A stretch of 64,000 nucleotides of DNA from Sphingomonadales bacterium (GTDB lineage Bacteria > Pseudomonadota > Alphaproteobacteria > Sphingomonadales > Sphingomonadaceae): assembly GCA_016720115.1 (NCBI GenBank), contig JADJXT010000001.1, forward strand, positions 330,806-394,805. The letters are read 5' to 3'. Below the pieces are notes generated by a model. That model was not told where the DNA came from and made no database searches. It worked only from the letters and a program-made list of their open reading frames with translations. Below, one piece after another: positions 16,751 to 26,660 of this stretch (within the stretch, counting starts at the first letter, position 1; each line of letters starts with the position of its first letter). Position numbers and translations under genes: made by a program.

Positions 16751-18982
16751 ATGTTTTTCGATGTTTCGATAGCGAGGGAAATCTGGGCAGCCAAATACCG
16801 CTTCGGCGGCAGGGGTGATTTGCCTGCGGACAAGGATTTCGCGGCCACGGCGGCGCGGGTGGCCGCCGCTGCCGCAGCAGGCGAAACCGACATGGAGCGC
16901 CCTGTCTGGCAGGCCCGGTTCGAGGACATCATCGCCAACATGCAGTTCATTCCAGCCGGCCGGATACTGGCGGGCGCAGGCACCGAACGCGATGTCACGC
17001 TGTTCAACTGTTTCGTGATGGGGACGATTCCCGACAGCCTTGACGGAATATTCGAGCATCTCAAGCAGGCCGCGCTGACGATGCAGCGCGGCGGTGGCGT
17101 GGGCATGGATTTTTCGACCATCCGGCCCAAGGGGGCCGAGGTGAAGGGCGTCGGCTCCGATGCAAGCGGGCCCTTGTCCTTCATGGATTGCTGGGATGCG
17201 ATGTGTCGCACCGTGCATTCGGCAGGCGCGCGACGCGGCGCGATGATGGGGTGCCTCCGGATCGACCATCCCGATATCGAGGATTTCATCGAGGCCAAAC
17301 GCGACGGCGCCCGCTTCCGCAATTTCAACCTTTCGGTGCTGGTCACCGACAGTTTCATGGAGGCGCTGGAGGCCGATGCCGACTGGCCGCTGGTCTTCGA
17401 CGGCAAAACCTTCCGCACCATCGGCGCCAGGACGCTGTGGCAGCGGTTGATGCAGGCGACCTACGACGTCGCCGAACCGGGGGTGATTTTTGTCGACCGG
17501 GTCAACCGGCAGAACAACCTGGCCTATTGCGAAACGATCAGCGCATCGAACCCATGCGGGGAACAGATGCTCCCGCCCTATGGCGCGTGCCTGCTCGGCT
17601 CGCTGAACCTTGCGGCACTGGTCGACAATCCGTTCGAGGATGGCGCGCAGATCGACGAAGGCGCACTGGCCGACCTGACCGCGACCGCCGTCCGCTTCCT
17701 CGACAACATCATCGATATCAGCCGCTACCCGCTGCTGGAGCAAGAGGCGGAGGCGAAGGCGAAGCGCAGGATCGGGCTGGGCATCACCGGGCTTGCCGAT
17801 GCGCTGCTCTTCTGCGAGCAGGCCTATGGCAGCGACGGCGCGATCGCGCTGACCGAGCGCTGGCTGACCATCATCCGCGACGCCGCCTATCGCCAGTCCG
17901 CCGCGCTGGCGGAGGAGAAAGGGGCGTTTCCGCTCTACGACCCGGCGATGCTCGAACAGCCCAATCTGCAGGCGCTCGGCGGCGAGCTGCGCGAACGCAT
18001 CGCCCGGCACGGGCTGCGCAATGGCTGCCTGACGTCGATCGCCCCCACCGGGACGACATCATTGCTGGCGGGCAATGTCTCTTCCGGGGTGGAGCCCGTC
18101 TTCGCCTACTCCTATCAGCGCCGCATCCTCAATCCCGATGGCTCGGCGCGGCACGAAACGGTGGAAGATTATGCCCTGCGCGCGTGGCGGCAGGTGAAGG
18201 GCGATGCCGTGCCGCCCGATTCGCTCTTCGTCAGCGCCCAGTCGCTCGATCCCGGTGCGCATGTCCGGATGCAGGCCGCCGCGCAGGCGCTGATCGACAG
18301 CTCGATTTCCAAGACGGTGAATGTGCCTGAGGATATCGGGTTCGACGATTTCTCCGACGTGTACATCGAGGGGTACCGGCGCGGGTGCAAGGGACTGACG
18401 ACCTACCGGCCCAATGCGGTCACAGGCTCGGTGCTCAGCGTCGCGCCGGTCGAGGCACCGGTTGCGGTGCAGCCCGGCCTTGCGCACCGCGAGGAGGCAC
18501 TGGAAGGCACGACCTACAAGCTCAAATGGCCCGACAGCGCCCATGCCGTCTATGTCACCATCAACAATATCGAAAGCGACGGCGCGGCGCGCCCGTTCGA
18601 AATCTTCATCAATTCGAAGAATATGGAACATTATGCCTGGACGCTGGGGCTGACGCGGATGATTTCGGCGGTGTTCCGGCGCGGCGGCGATGTCTCCTTC
18701 GTTGCCGACGAACTGAAGGCGGTGTTCGATCCGCGCGGCGGATCGTGGATGAACGGCAAATATGTGCCCTCGCTGCTCGCGGCGATCGGCGGTGTCATCG
18801 AACGGCATCTCGAGCAGTTTGCTCCGGGGCAGCTCGACCTGCCGGTGATTCCCAAGGCCGAAAGACAGGCGGTGATCGGCGCGCCCGCCGGGCCCATATG
18901 CCCCCAATGCAACGCCATCGGGATGATCCGCGAGGAAGGGTGCAACAAATGCCTCGAATGCGGCTATTCCAAATGCGGATGA
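16751..18982 (+). CDS. nrdJ: Adenosylcobalamin-dependent (class II) ribonucleotide reductase
   Basis: GGAGG RBS. Active-site block ISASNPCGEQMLPPYGACLLGSLNL, length 743 aa, Cys-rich C-terminal tail CPQCNAIGMIREEGCNKCLECGYSKCG. Confidence 0.95.
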   Translation: MFFDVSIAREIWAAKYRFGGRGDLPADKDFAATAARVAAAAAAGETDMERPVWQARFEDIIANMQFIPAGRILAGAGTERDVTLFNCFVMGTIPDSLDGIFEHLKQAALTMQRGGGVGMDFSTIRPKGAEVKGVGSDASGPLSFMDCWDAMCRTVHSAGARRGAMMGCLRIDHPDIEDFIEAKRDGARFRNFNLSVLVTDSFMEALEADADWPLVFDGKTFRTIGARTLWQRLMQATYDVAEPGVIFVDRVNRQNNLAYCETISASNPCGEQMLPPYGACLLGSLNLAALVDNPFEDGAQIDEGALADLTATAVRFLDNIIDISRYPLLEQEAEAKAKRRIGLGITGLADALLFCEQAYGSDGAIALTERWLTIIRDAAYRQSAALAEEKGAFPLYDPAMLEQPNLQALGGELRERIARHGLRNGCLTSIAPTGTTSLLAGNVSSGVEPVFAYSYQRRILNPDGSARHETVEDYALRAWRQVKGDAVPPDSLFVSAQSLDPGAHVRMQAAAQALIDSSISKTVNVPEDIGFDDFSDVYIEGYRRGCKGLTTYRPNAVTGSVLSVAPVEAPVAVQPGLAHREEALEGTTYKLKWPDSAHAVYVTINNIESDGAARPFEIFINSKNMEHYAWTLGLTRMISAVFRRGGDVSFVADELKAVFDPRGGSWMNGKYVPSLLAAIGGVIERHLEQFAPGQLDLPVIPKAERQAVIGAPAGPICPQCNAIGMIREEGCNKCLECGYSKCG

Positions 18983-19071
18983 GCGGCCTGCGTGCTGCTG
19001 CACAGGGCCGCATCCTCCATGGATCGGGAACCGTCAATCTGCGGGCTGTTGTTTTGCGATTGCCGCTTCGC

Positions 19072-20190
19072 TCAGAATAATATCGTCACAAACGCCAATG
19101 CAGAGAGAAAACTCAACAGTGTCGCGCCCAGCACCGGCATGATTGCGGGCCAGCCCATTTCCAGAAGCAGGTCCATCCGGCTCCGCATTGCGGTTGCGGT
19201 AACTGCCAGCAGCAGCAGCCCCTTGGATGCGGACAAGGCATAATCGGCGACCATTGCCGGTATCTCGACAAGCGAGTTCAGGGCAACGGTTGCGAGGAAG
19301 GCTGTGATGAACCACGGCAAGGCCAAGCGACGCCACCGGGCCTGTCCCGCAGGTGCGCCGGCGCTTCCAATAGCGAGCGTCACCAGCGCGACAATCGGGG
19401 CGAGCAAGGCAACCCGCGCGAGCTTGACGATCGTCGCATAACTTCCTGCAGCGTCGGAAAAGGCGTAGCCCCCGCCGATGGCCTGCGCCACATCATGTAT
19501 CGACGCACCGATCAGGAAGCCCGCCTGTTGGTCGCTCAGGTCCAGATAGGATGCAATGATCGGATAGACCGACATGGCAAGTGCGCTTGCGAGAGAAATG
19601 CCGACAAGTGTTAGCGCGAATTGCGCCTGCGACAGCCGATCCCTTCCGATCACACCGTAAAGTGCGAGCGCCGCGCTTGCCCCGCAAATCGCCGTCGCCC
19701 CGCCTGCCAAGAGCCCGGCATAGCTCGATTGGCCAAAGAGCCTCGCGCTGGCGATACCGGCAAGCAGGGTCAGAACCATCACCACAACCAGGGCAAGGAA
19801 GGGAACAACCCCCAATGCGCCGATTTGCATGAAGGTCACCTGAAAACCAAGGACAACAATGCCCCAGCGCAGGCAGGTGCGCGAGGCGAAGTCGAGCCCC
19901 GAATGCGTTCGCGCGTCCCGGGCAATGAAGCTCAGCGACAGGCCCACCAGCAGGCCGAGCAGGATGATCGGGAAGTGGTAATGTTCAGAAAGCCATGCCG
20001 CCGCCGCAGAGGCGACCCCGCAAATGACGAGGCCGGGCAACAGGTTTTCCTTTGTATCGATCTGATCTGCGGGCTTGCTGTGCTCAGCAAGATGGATCTC
20101 ACCGAACAGATCGCCGCCATAGGGAATGGCGTCCCAATCGGGACGCGGCCTGGGCGGTCGGTTCAGGTCAAAGGAGGATGTCTCGGTCAT
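19072..20190 (-). CDS. YeiH/UPF0324-family polytopic membrane protein (putative sulfate exporter family)
   Basis: About ten hydrophobic spans and the family-like block FLIGASIHDVAQAIGGGY. The start codon is uncertain. Confidence 0.7.
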   Translation of the reverse strand: MTETSSFDLNRPPRPRPDWDAIPYGGDLFGEIHLAEHSKPADQIDTKENLLPGLVICGVASAAAAWLSEHYHFPIILLGLLVGLSLSFIARDARTHSGLDFASRTCLRWGIVVLGFQVTFMQIGALGVVPFLALVVVMVLTLLAGIASARLFGQSSYAGLLAGGATAICGASAALALYGVIGRDRLSQAQFALTLVGISLASALAMSVYPIIASYLDLSDQQAGFLIGASIHDVAQAIGGGYAFSDAAGSYATIVKLARVALLAPIVALVTLAIGSAGAPAGQARWRRLALPWFITAFLATVALNSLVEIPAMVADYALSASKGLLLLAVTATAMRSRMDLLLEMGWPAIMPVLGATLLSFLSALAFVTILF

Positions 20191-20379
20191 ATCTCTCGAA
20201 GATCAATTGCGTCGAATTTTGAGCAGCATATGTGCCAAGCCAGTTAGGGGATTGCTGCCCAATTGGAAAGCGGCGCATGATGCACCGGCGTGCTTGGGCA
20301 TTGAGGCCTTTATCCGCCTCCGCTATCCGCATATGCACGAAGCCGATACGATCCAGCACGGGAAAGTCGGATACAAGCG

Positions 20380-21861
20380 ATGGAAATATACGATGTCGCG
20401 GTCGTTGGCGGCGGAGTCAATGGATGTGGCATCGCCCGTGATGCGGCGGGACGCGGCGCGCGCGTACTGCTGCTCGAAGCCAAGGATCTGGCAAGCGGAA
20501 CTTCGTCGGCATCGAGCAAGCTGATCCATGGCGGGCTGCGCTATCTCGAACATTATGAATTTGCGCTGGTTCGGGAGTCGTTGAGCGAGCGCGAAACGCT
20601 TTGGGCAATCGCGCCGCATATCATCTGGCCGATGCGCTTCGTCCTGCCGCATGTAAAAGGCCTGCGTCCCCGATGGTTGTTGCGGCTGGGCCTGTTTCTC
20701 TACGATCATCTGGGCGCGCGCAAGCGGTTGCCCGCGGCGGAAAGTGTGAAACTCTCGCGGCACCCGGCAGGTGCACCCTTGAAGCCCGAATTTGTGAACG
20801 GCTTTGTCTATTCGGATTGCTGGGTCGACGATGCACGGCTCGTCGTGCTCAACGCCCGCGATGCTGCTGCGCATGGTGCCGATGTAGTGACGTGCTGTCC
20901 GGTAACCCGGCTCGACCGCAAGCGAGACGTCTGGTACATCGAGGCAGGCGAACGCACATTCCAGGCACGCGCCATTGTCAACGCCGCCGGTCCCTCGGTG
21001 CTGCAAGTGCTCAGCCACAGCCCGGACAAGGCGGACTACGACATGCGGCTGGTGCGGGGTTCGCATATCGTCGTGCGCAGGATTTTCGAACATCCCTATC
21101 CCTATTTCTTCCAGCTTCCCGATGGCCGCATCTTCTTCGCCATTCCGTACGAGCATGATTTCACACTGATCGGCACCACCGATGCAGATCACAAAGACGG
21201 TCTGGACCATATCGAAGCGAGCCCGGAGGAGATTGCCTATCTGTGCGAAGGCGCAAGCCATTTTTTCCGGACACCCATATGCCCGGAAGATGTTGTCTGG
21301 TCCTATTCAGGCGTTCGACCGCTAGTCGACGATGGATCGGGTAAGCCCGAGGCCGCGACGCGCGGCTATCGGCTTGACCTCAGCGAAGCCAGGGACGGTG
21401 CACCGATCCTCAACATTTTTGGCGGCAAGATCACAACCTACCGCCACCTCGCCGAAGAAGCGGTCGATCTGTTGGCAACAAGATTGTCCCTGCCGCAAAA
21501 CTGCCATTGGACAGCGGCCAAACCCCTGCCCGGCGGCAATTTCGATGTCGCCGCGACCGCCAGCGAATATCGGAAACTGCAGGATCATTATCCCTTCCTC
21601 GAACCCGATTGGGCAGATCGCCTGTTCAAATGCTATGGCCTTGATACCTACGCCATATTGGGCAGCGCAAAGACGCTGACGGATTGCGGGCTGCATTTCG
21701 GCCACGGCCTGACCCAATGCGAGGTCGACCATCTGGTACGCAACGAATGGGCCCGCGATGCCCAAGACATTCTATGGAGGCGCACCAAGCTCGGCCTCCG
21801 GCTGACGCCGCAGGAGCAAATGGAGTTGGAAAATTACTTGCGGGAAAGGGTGATCGCATGA
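20380..21861 (+). CDS. glpD: FAD-dependent glycerol-3-phosphate dehydrogenase
   Basis: YDVAVVGGGVNGCGIARDAAGRGARVLLLE dinucleotide fold, GTSSASSKLIHGGLRYLE, length 493 aa. Confidence 0.9.
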   Translation: MEIYDVAVVGGGVNGCGIARDAAGRGARVLLLEAKDLASGTSSASSKLIHGGLRYLEHYEFALVRESLSERETLWAIAPHIIWPMRFVLPHVKGLRPRWLLRLGLFLYDHLGARKRLPAAESVKLSRHPAGAPLKPEFVNGFVYSDCWVDDARLVVLNARDAAAHGADVVTCCPVTRLDRKRDVWYIEAGERTFQARAIVNAAGPSVLQVLSHSPDKADYDMRLVRGSHIVVRRIFEHPYPYFFQLPDGRIFFAIPYEHDFTLIGTTDADHKDGLDHIEASPEEIAYLCEGASHFFRTPICPEDVVWSYSGVRPLVDDGSGKPEAATRGYRLDLSEARDGAPILNIFGGKITTYRHLAEEAVDLLATRLSLPQNCHWTAAKPLPGGNFDVAATASEYRKLQDHYPFLEPDWADRLFKCYGLDTYAILGSAKTLTDCGLHFGHGLTQCEVDHLVRNEWARDAQDILWRRTKLGLRLTPQEQMELENYLRERVIA

Positions 21862-22155
21862 CGCCTAATAGGGACGTCAATAGCAAATTGGTTGATCCAG
21901 TCCATTCGACCGAAATGGCGCCGGGAATAGCGCTGGCGGTTGCAGAGAAATTGGGAGGCATGCGGATTTTTCAGTGTGTTATCCAGGGCTTACTGAACAA
22001 GATGTTTGGAGATGAATGGAACACCCAGTGAGCAAAGTCTATTGATTTCGGGTGCGGGATACAGGTCAATACAATTGTATCAGCGGATAATGGTTGCTTG
22101 TGCCGTAGGAAACGAAGTTGCTAGGGTTCACCTTAACCGCTAACGGACTGATCCG

Positions 22156-24036
22156 ATGCCAATGTCGTTCGCTGAAAACCTCTCGAAAACACTTCTTGAA
22201 CTACCGAGAATACAAAAACGAGCAATCGCAATTTTTGTAGACATAGTGTTGTGTCTTTTCACGGTAGCTTTGGCGTATCGGTTGCGGCTGGACGCCTGGA
22301 TTTATCCCATCGGCAACCAATGGCTATCTTATTTGGCCGCGATATTTATCGCCATCCCGATATTTGTCAGGTTCGGATTATATCGAGCAATCTTCCGCTA
22401 TGTAGGATGGTATGCCTTAAGTGCGGTGACATTGGCATGCCTCCTTTACGGAGCAATTTACTCACTCATTTTTTCCGTCATCGGCATAACGTTAGTACCG
22501 CGGACAACCGGTTTTCTTCAGCCCATACTTCTCTTTATCGCGGTCGGAGCCTCACGCGCTGCTGCTCGTTTTTGGCTTGGCGGTGGATATGCGGCCATTC
22601 TGGGCAGCTCTCAACGGCGGCGTGTGCTAATCTATGGAGCCGGATCTGCGGGGCGCCAGCTTGCAGGCGGATTGGCGAGCAGTCACGAAATGCAGGTGGT
22701 TGCGTTTGTCGATGATGATCAGGCGCTTCACGGCAACTCTTTAAACGGCAAGCCAATTTTTTCACCAAGCAAACTGGCGGATGTTCTTGAAGATCTAGCA
22801 ATTAATGATGTCTTGCTCGCAATTCCGTCGCTTTCGCGGAAGCGTCGAAACGAGATTGTCGACAGTCTTCGCGGTCATGACGTGACGGTGCGAACCTTAC
22901 CCGGCATATTCGAACTGGCAGATGGCAAGGTTACGATTAATGACTTGAGGCCACTCCAGATTGAAGACTTGCTAGGCCGAGATCCAGTGCCGCCTGAGTC
23001 CTCCTTAATGGCCAAGTGCATTGAAGGTAAATGCGTTCTTGTGACCGGTGCAGGTGGATCAATTGGAGGCGAGCTGTGCCGGCAAATTTTGATTCAAAAC
23101 CCGTCTCATTTAGTCTTAATCGACCATAGCGAGTTTAACCTCTACGTGATCGATCAAGAGTTAGCGGCCCTGAAACCTGCGGAATGCGACACCGCAATAG
23201 TGCCAGTCCTGGCGTCGGTGACTGATCGCGCTCGGATAGAAGAAATAATTCGCCTTTATTCGCCCGCTACGGTGTACCACGCCGCAGCATATAAACATGT
23301 GCCACTGGTGGAGGCCAACCCAAACGAAGGTGTTCGTAACAATATTTTTGGCACGCGTATCGTTGCTGAACTGGCGGAAAAATATGGGGCAGACGATTTC
23401 GTGCTGATCAGTACTGACAAGGCCGTTCGTCCACCCAATATAATGGGAGCGACCAAGCGTATCGCTGAGATGGTGCTACAAGTCATGGCCGAGAAATCTT
23501 CCTCGACCCGGTTTTCCATGGTGCGATTTGGCAATGTACTCGGATCTAGCGGATCAGTAGTGCCGTTGTTTAGAAAGCAAATCGCCGCCGGTGGCCCCGT
23601 AACTGTGACGCACCCTGAAGTGACGCGCTACTTCATGACAATTCCCGAGGCAGCGCAACTCGTAATCCAAGCGGGAGCCATGGCGACAAGCGGAGATGTG
23701 TTCGTTCTCGATATGGGCGAACCTGTCAAGATCGTCGATCTCGCCCGGCGGATGATTGAACTTTCCGGTCTGCAGGTGAAAGACGGCGTCACGGATGACG
23801 GGATAGAAATACGAATCACTGGTCTAAGGTCGGCCGAAAAGCTGTACGAAGAATTGCTACTGGCGGATCTTCCCCTACCGACACCCCATCCTCGCATAAT
23901 GCGCGCTAGAGAGCCTTTACCTGATGTTCAGAGGGTAGAGGATTTTCTGAAATCCGATTCGCAATTTTTGCAAGATTACAATATCGATACTATCATTGAA
24001 AATATGAAAATACTTGTTCCGACACTTGCTAGGTAA
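22156..24036 (+). CDS. Membrane-anchored UDP-HexNAc 4,6-dehydratase (WbpM/PglF/CapD family)
   Basis: N-terminal TM segments, two Rossmann regions (VLIYGAGSAGRQL and VLVTGAGGSIGGELCRQI), and catalytic block STDKAVRPPNIMGATKRIAEM. Confidence 0.9.
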   Translation: MPMSFAENLSKTLLELPRIQKRAIAIFVDIVLCLFTVALAYRLRLDAWIYPIGNQWLSYLAAIFIAIPIFVRFGLYRAIFRYVGWYALSAVTLACLLYGAIYSLIFSVIGITLVPRTTGFLQPILLFIAVGASRAAARFWLGGGYAAILGSSQRRRVLIYGAGSAGRQLAGGLASSHEMQVVAFVDDDQALHGNSLNGKPIFSPSKLADVLEDLAINDVLLAIPSLSRKRRNEIVDSLRGHDVTVRTLPGIFELADGKVTINDLRPLQIEDLLGRDPVPPESSLMAKCIEGKCVLVTGAGGSIGGELCRQILIQNPSHLVLIDHSEFNLYVIDQELAALKPAECDTAIVPVLASVTDRARIEEIIRLYSPATVYHAAAYKHVPLVEANPNEGVRNNIFGTRIVAELAEKYGADDFVLISTDKAVRPPNIMGATKRIAEMVLQVMAEKSSSTRFSMVRFGNVLGSSGSVVPLFRKQIAAGGPVTVTHPEVTRYFMTIPEAAQLVIQAGAMATSGDVFVLDMGEPVKIVDLARRMIELSGLQVKDGVTDDGIEIRITGLRSAEKLYEELLLADLPLPTPHPRIMRAREPLPDVQRVEDFLKSDSQFLQDYNIDTIIENMKILVPTLAR

Positions 24037-24134
24037 TCACAATGTTCCAGTAATTTTATACATTGCTGTAATCCTTCTACATTAGGTAAAAATTTTCAGC
24101 TTGAACATTTCTATAAAAACAATTGGAGGCAAAC

Positions 24135-25265
24135 TTGGCTGTTAAAATAGCATTTACGGGGCTTTCTGAGCAGGCGGCACGGCTTCGCTCGCAGATCGAT
24201 AAGAATATAGCTGCCGTTCTCGATCATCAGCAGTTTATCATGGGCCCAGAAGTTCGCATCCTAGAAGAAAAACTACAAAAATTTTGCGGTGCGAAGCATG
24301 CAATAGCAGTAGCCAATGGAACCGATGCTCTTCAAATTGCATTGATGGCACAGGGAATTAGTCCAGGCGATTCGATTTTTGTTCCGTCCTTCACTTATAC
24401 TGCAACTGCAGAAGTCATATTGATCTTGGGCGCCGTACCAATTTTTGTCGATGTCAAAGAAGGCAGTTTTAACATCGATTGTGATGATTTGAAGTTGAAA
24501 ATTGCGGCGGCGCGACAGCGCGGTGCAAATCCCAAGGCCGTTATCGCCGTGGACCTTTTCGGTCTGCCGGCAGATTGGAAAACGCTGAACGCGATTGCGC
24601 GTGCAGAAGGACTGGCACTGATTGCCGATGCCGCACAAAGCTATGGTGCCGTCGCCGCATCGGGCCAGAAAGTCGGCACGTTGGCACCGATCACAACAAC
24701 GAGCTTTTTTCCGGCGAAGCCACTGGGATGCTATGGCGATGGAGGGGCAATCTTCACCGACGACGACGACTTGGCCCAAGCGATGCGCTCCATTCGAGTA
24801 CATGGTCAGGGGAAAGCGAAGTATGAAACCGTGCGGGTCGGCATGAACAGCAGACTGGACACGATTCAAGCCGCCATCCTTTTGGCGAAGCTGGAAATCT
24901 TTGCCGAGGAAATCGAAAATAGGAACGCTCTGGCACATGCCTATCATAAACGTCTCAGTGCGGCGGTCCGGACGCCGGAAAAGCCGGACGGCGTGATTTC
25001 TGCATGGGCACAATACACCGTACGCGTGCACAAGCGGGAGCAAATTCAAACGCAGCTTTCGGCCGACGGCGTTCCTACCGCAGTCTATTATCCGTTACCG
25101 ATGCATCTGCAGCCTGCCTATGCCCAATATGGCAACGGGCCGGGCTCTCTCACTGTGTCCGAGCGCCTCAGCAGCGAGGTTATGAGTCTTCCGATGAATC
25201 CCTATTGGCAGCCCGACGACGTTGAGACCGTGTGCCTATCGTTGCTGAATGCGCTATCAAACTAA
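24135..25265 (+). CDS. DegT/DnrJ/EryC1-family aminotransferase, WbpE-like (3-oxo-UDP-GlcNAcA aminotransferase type)
   Basis: TTG 24135 lies 5 nt after GGAGG, and the ORF is open from 24123. Blocks IAVANGTDALQIAL, SFFPAKPLGCYGDGGAIFT, NSRLDTIQAAILLAKL and QYTVRV..GVPTAVYYP closely follow the WbpE/WlbC pattern as I remember it. Confidence 0.8.
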   Translation: MAVKIAFTGLSEQAARLRSQIDKNIAAVLDHQQFIMGPEVRILEEKLQKFCGAKHAIAVANGTDALQIALMAQGISPGDSIFVPSFTYTATAEVILILGAVPIFVDVKEGSFNIDCDDLKLKIAAARQRGANPKAVIAVDLFGLPADWKTLNAIARAEGLALIADAAQSYGAVAASGQKVGTLAPITTTSFFPAKPLGCYGDGGAIFTDDDDLAQAMRSIRVHGQGKAKYETVRVGMNSRLDTIQAAILLAKLEIFAEEIENRNALAHAYHKRLSAAVRTPEKPDGVISAWAQYTVRVHKREQIQTQLSADGVPTAVYYPLPMHLQPAYAQYGNGPGSLTVSERLSSEVMSLPMNPYWQPDDVETVCLSLLNALSN

Positions 25266-25292
25266 AACCTCTCAAAAGGGAATTTTTGTAGA

Positions 25293-26639
25293 ATGAGTAG
25301 CGAACAACCCATATCGCTTGCGGCGCAGTTGCGAGGCAAGATCGACAATCGAACCAGCGTCATCGGCATTATCGGCATGGGATATGTCGGGCTGCCGCTA
25401 GCCGTCGCCGCTTATGACGCCAAATTTCCGATCCTGGGGTTCGATGTCGATCAAGCAAAGATCGACGGGATAAATGGCGGCCGGTCCCCTATCGGCAGGA
25501 TCGGTGACGAGACGATTAGCAAGATGCGCCAATCGGGGCGGTTCGAAGTAACCGATGATTATCGCCGTTTGGGTGAATGCGACGTGATCATCATCTGCGT
25601 CCCCACGCCGTTGAACAAATATCGCGAGCCTGATCTTTCCTATGTCACCGGGACGACCCAGAGAATCGCTGAACATATCCGGCCCGGCCAGATAATATCG
25701 CTTGAATCGACAACCTATCCGGGCACGACGAGGGACGTGATGCGTCCGATTCTCGAGGGCAAACGCCTGAAATCAGGCACCGATTTCTTCCTGGCCTATT
25801 CCCCGGAACGCGAAGACCCGGGTAATCCTGACTTTCACACTGCCAGCATTCCCAAAGTCGTGGGCGGTGACGGGGACGATGCCGTTAACATCGCCCTTGC
25901 TTTTTATAGCGCGGTAGTTGCGCGCGTGGTGCCCGTATCGACCTGCGAAGTGGCCGAAGCTGTCAAGCTGACCGAGAATATCTTCCGGTCGGTCAACATC
26001 GCCTTGGTCAATGAGTTGAAGGTAATTTACGACAAGATGGGCATCAATGTCTGGGAAGTCATTGATGCTGCAAAGACCAAACCATTTGGTTATATGCCCT
26101 TTTATCCAGGGCCCGGTTTGGGCGGACATTGCATTCCGATCGATCCCTTCTACCTAACCTGGAAAGCCCGGGAATATCATGTCGCGACCAGGTTCATCGA
26201 ATTGGCCGGCGAGATCAACACCAACGCACCCTATCTTGTGGTTGATCGCCTGGTCGAAGCGCTGGGACAGCACTGCCGCCAAGCGCTGGCTGGTTCAAAG
26301 ATCCTAATGCTGGGCGTTGCGTACAAGAAAAATGTTGAGGACACTCGAGAGAGCCCGGCTTTTACATTGATCGAAGAGATCGAACGGCGCGGTGGAGCCG
26401 TCGAATTTCATGATCCTTTCGTTCCCGTCATTCCGCACATGCGCGAACATGCAAACATGGCTGGTCGGCAAAGTTTGGAGTTAACGGCTTCGTCGCTTGC
26501 GAACTTTGACGCCGTCCTGATTTGTACGGACCACGACAATGTCGATTATTGCTTGGTGGCCTCGCACGCCAACCTGATTGTTGACACCCGCAACGCGATG
26601 GCCCGGGTCGATCGTTCGGCTCCGATTGTGCTGGCCTGA
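25293..26639 (+). CDS. UDP-HexNAc 6-dehydrogenase (WbpA/WbpO/TviB-type nucleotide-sugar dehydrogenase)
   Basis: VIGIIGMGYVGLPLAVAA NAD fold, catalytic Cys block GPGLGGHCIPIDPFYL, length 448 aa. Confidence 0.85.
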   Translation: MSSEQPISLAAQLRGKIDNRTSVIGIIGMGYVGLPLAVAAYDAKFPILGFDVDQAKIDGINGGRSPIGRIGDETISKMRQSGRFEVTDDYRRLGECDVIIICVPTPLNKYREPDLSYVTGTTQRIAEHIRPGQIISLESTTYPGTTRDVMRPILEGKRLKSGTDFFLAYSPEREDPGNPDFHTASIPKVVGGDGDDAVNIALAFYSAVVARVVPVSTCEVAEAVKLTENIFRSVNIALVNELKVIYDKMGINVWEVIDAAKTKPFGYMPFYPGPGLGGHCIPIDPFYLTWKAREYHVATRFIELAGEINTNAPYLVVDRLVEALGQHCRQALAGSKILMLGVAYKKNVEDTRESPAFTLIEEIERRGGAVEFHDPFVPVIPHMREHANMAGRQSLELTASSLANFDAVLICTDHDNVDYCLVASHANLIVDTRNAMARVDRSAPIVLA

Positions 26640-26660
26640 GCTGGAATATGAGGACCTAAG

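Noticed and set aside
16658-18010. 450-aa ORF antisense to nrdJ, and similar long antisense or alternate-frame ORFs at 5289-6821, 12337-13413, 15007-16215, 18059-19003, 20323-21261, 28999-29913, 42522-43673 and 60894-61721
   Set aside because: All lie opposite to, or overlap, genes with strong family signatures. They have Arg/Ala/Gly/Pro-rich low-complexity translations typical of open frames in GC-rich DNA, and they show no family resemblance.
21858-22031. 57-codon ORF whose ATG overlaps the glpD stop (ATGA)
   Set aside because: The overlap looks like translational coupling. However, the product has no recognisable features and lies in the compositional transition zone. The evidence is insufficient.
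21862-22155. JUMPStart/ops (GGCGGTAG) antitermination element upstream of the first glycan gene
   Set aside because: The 8-mer, or a close variant, is not present in this intergenic region.
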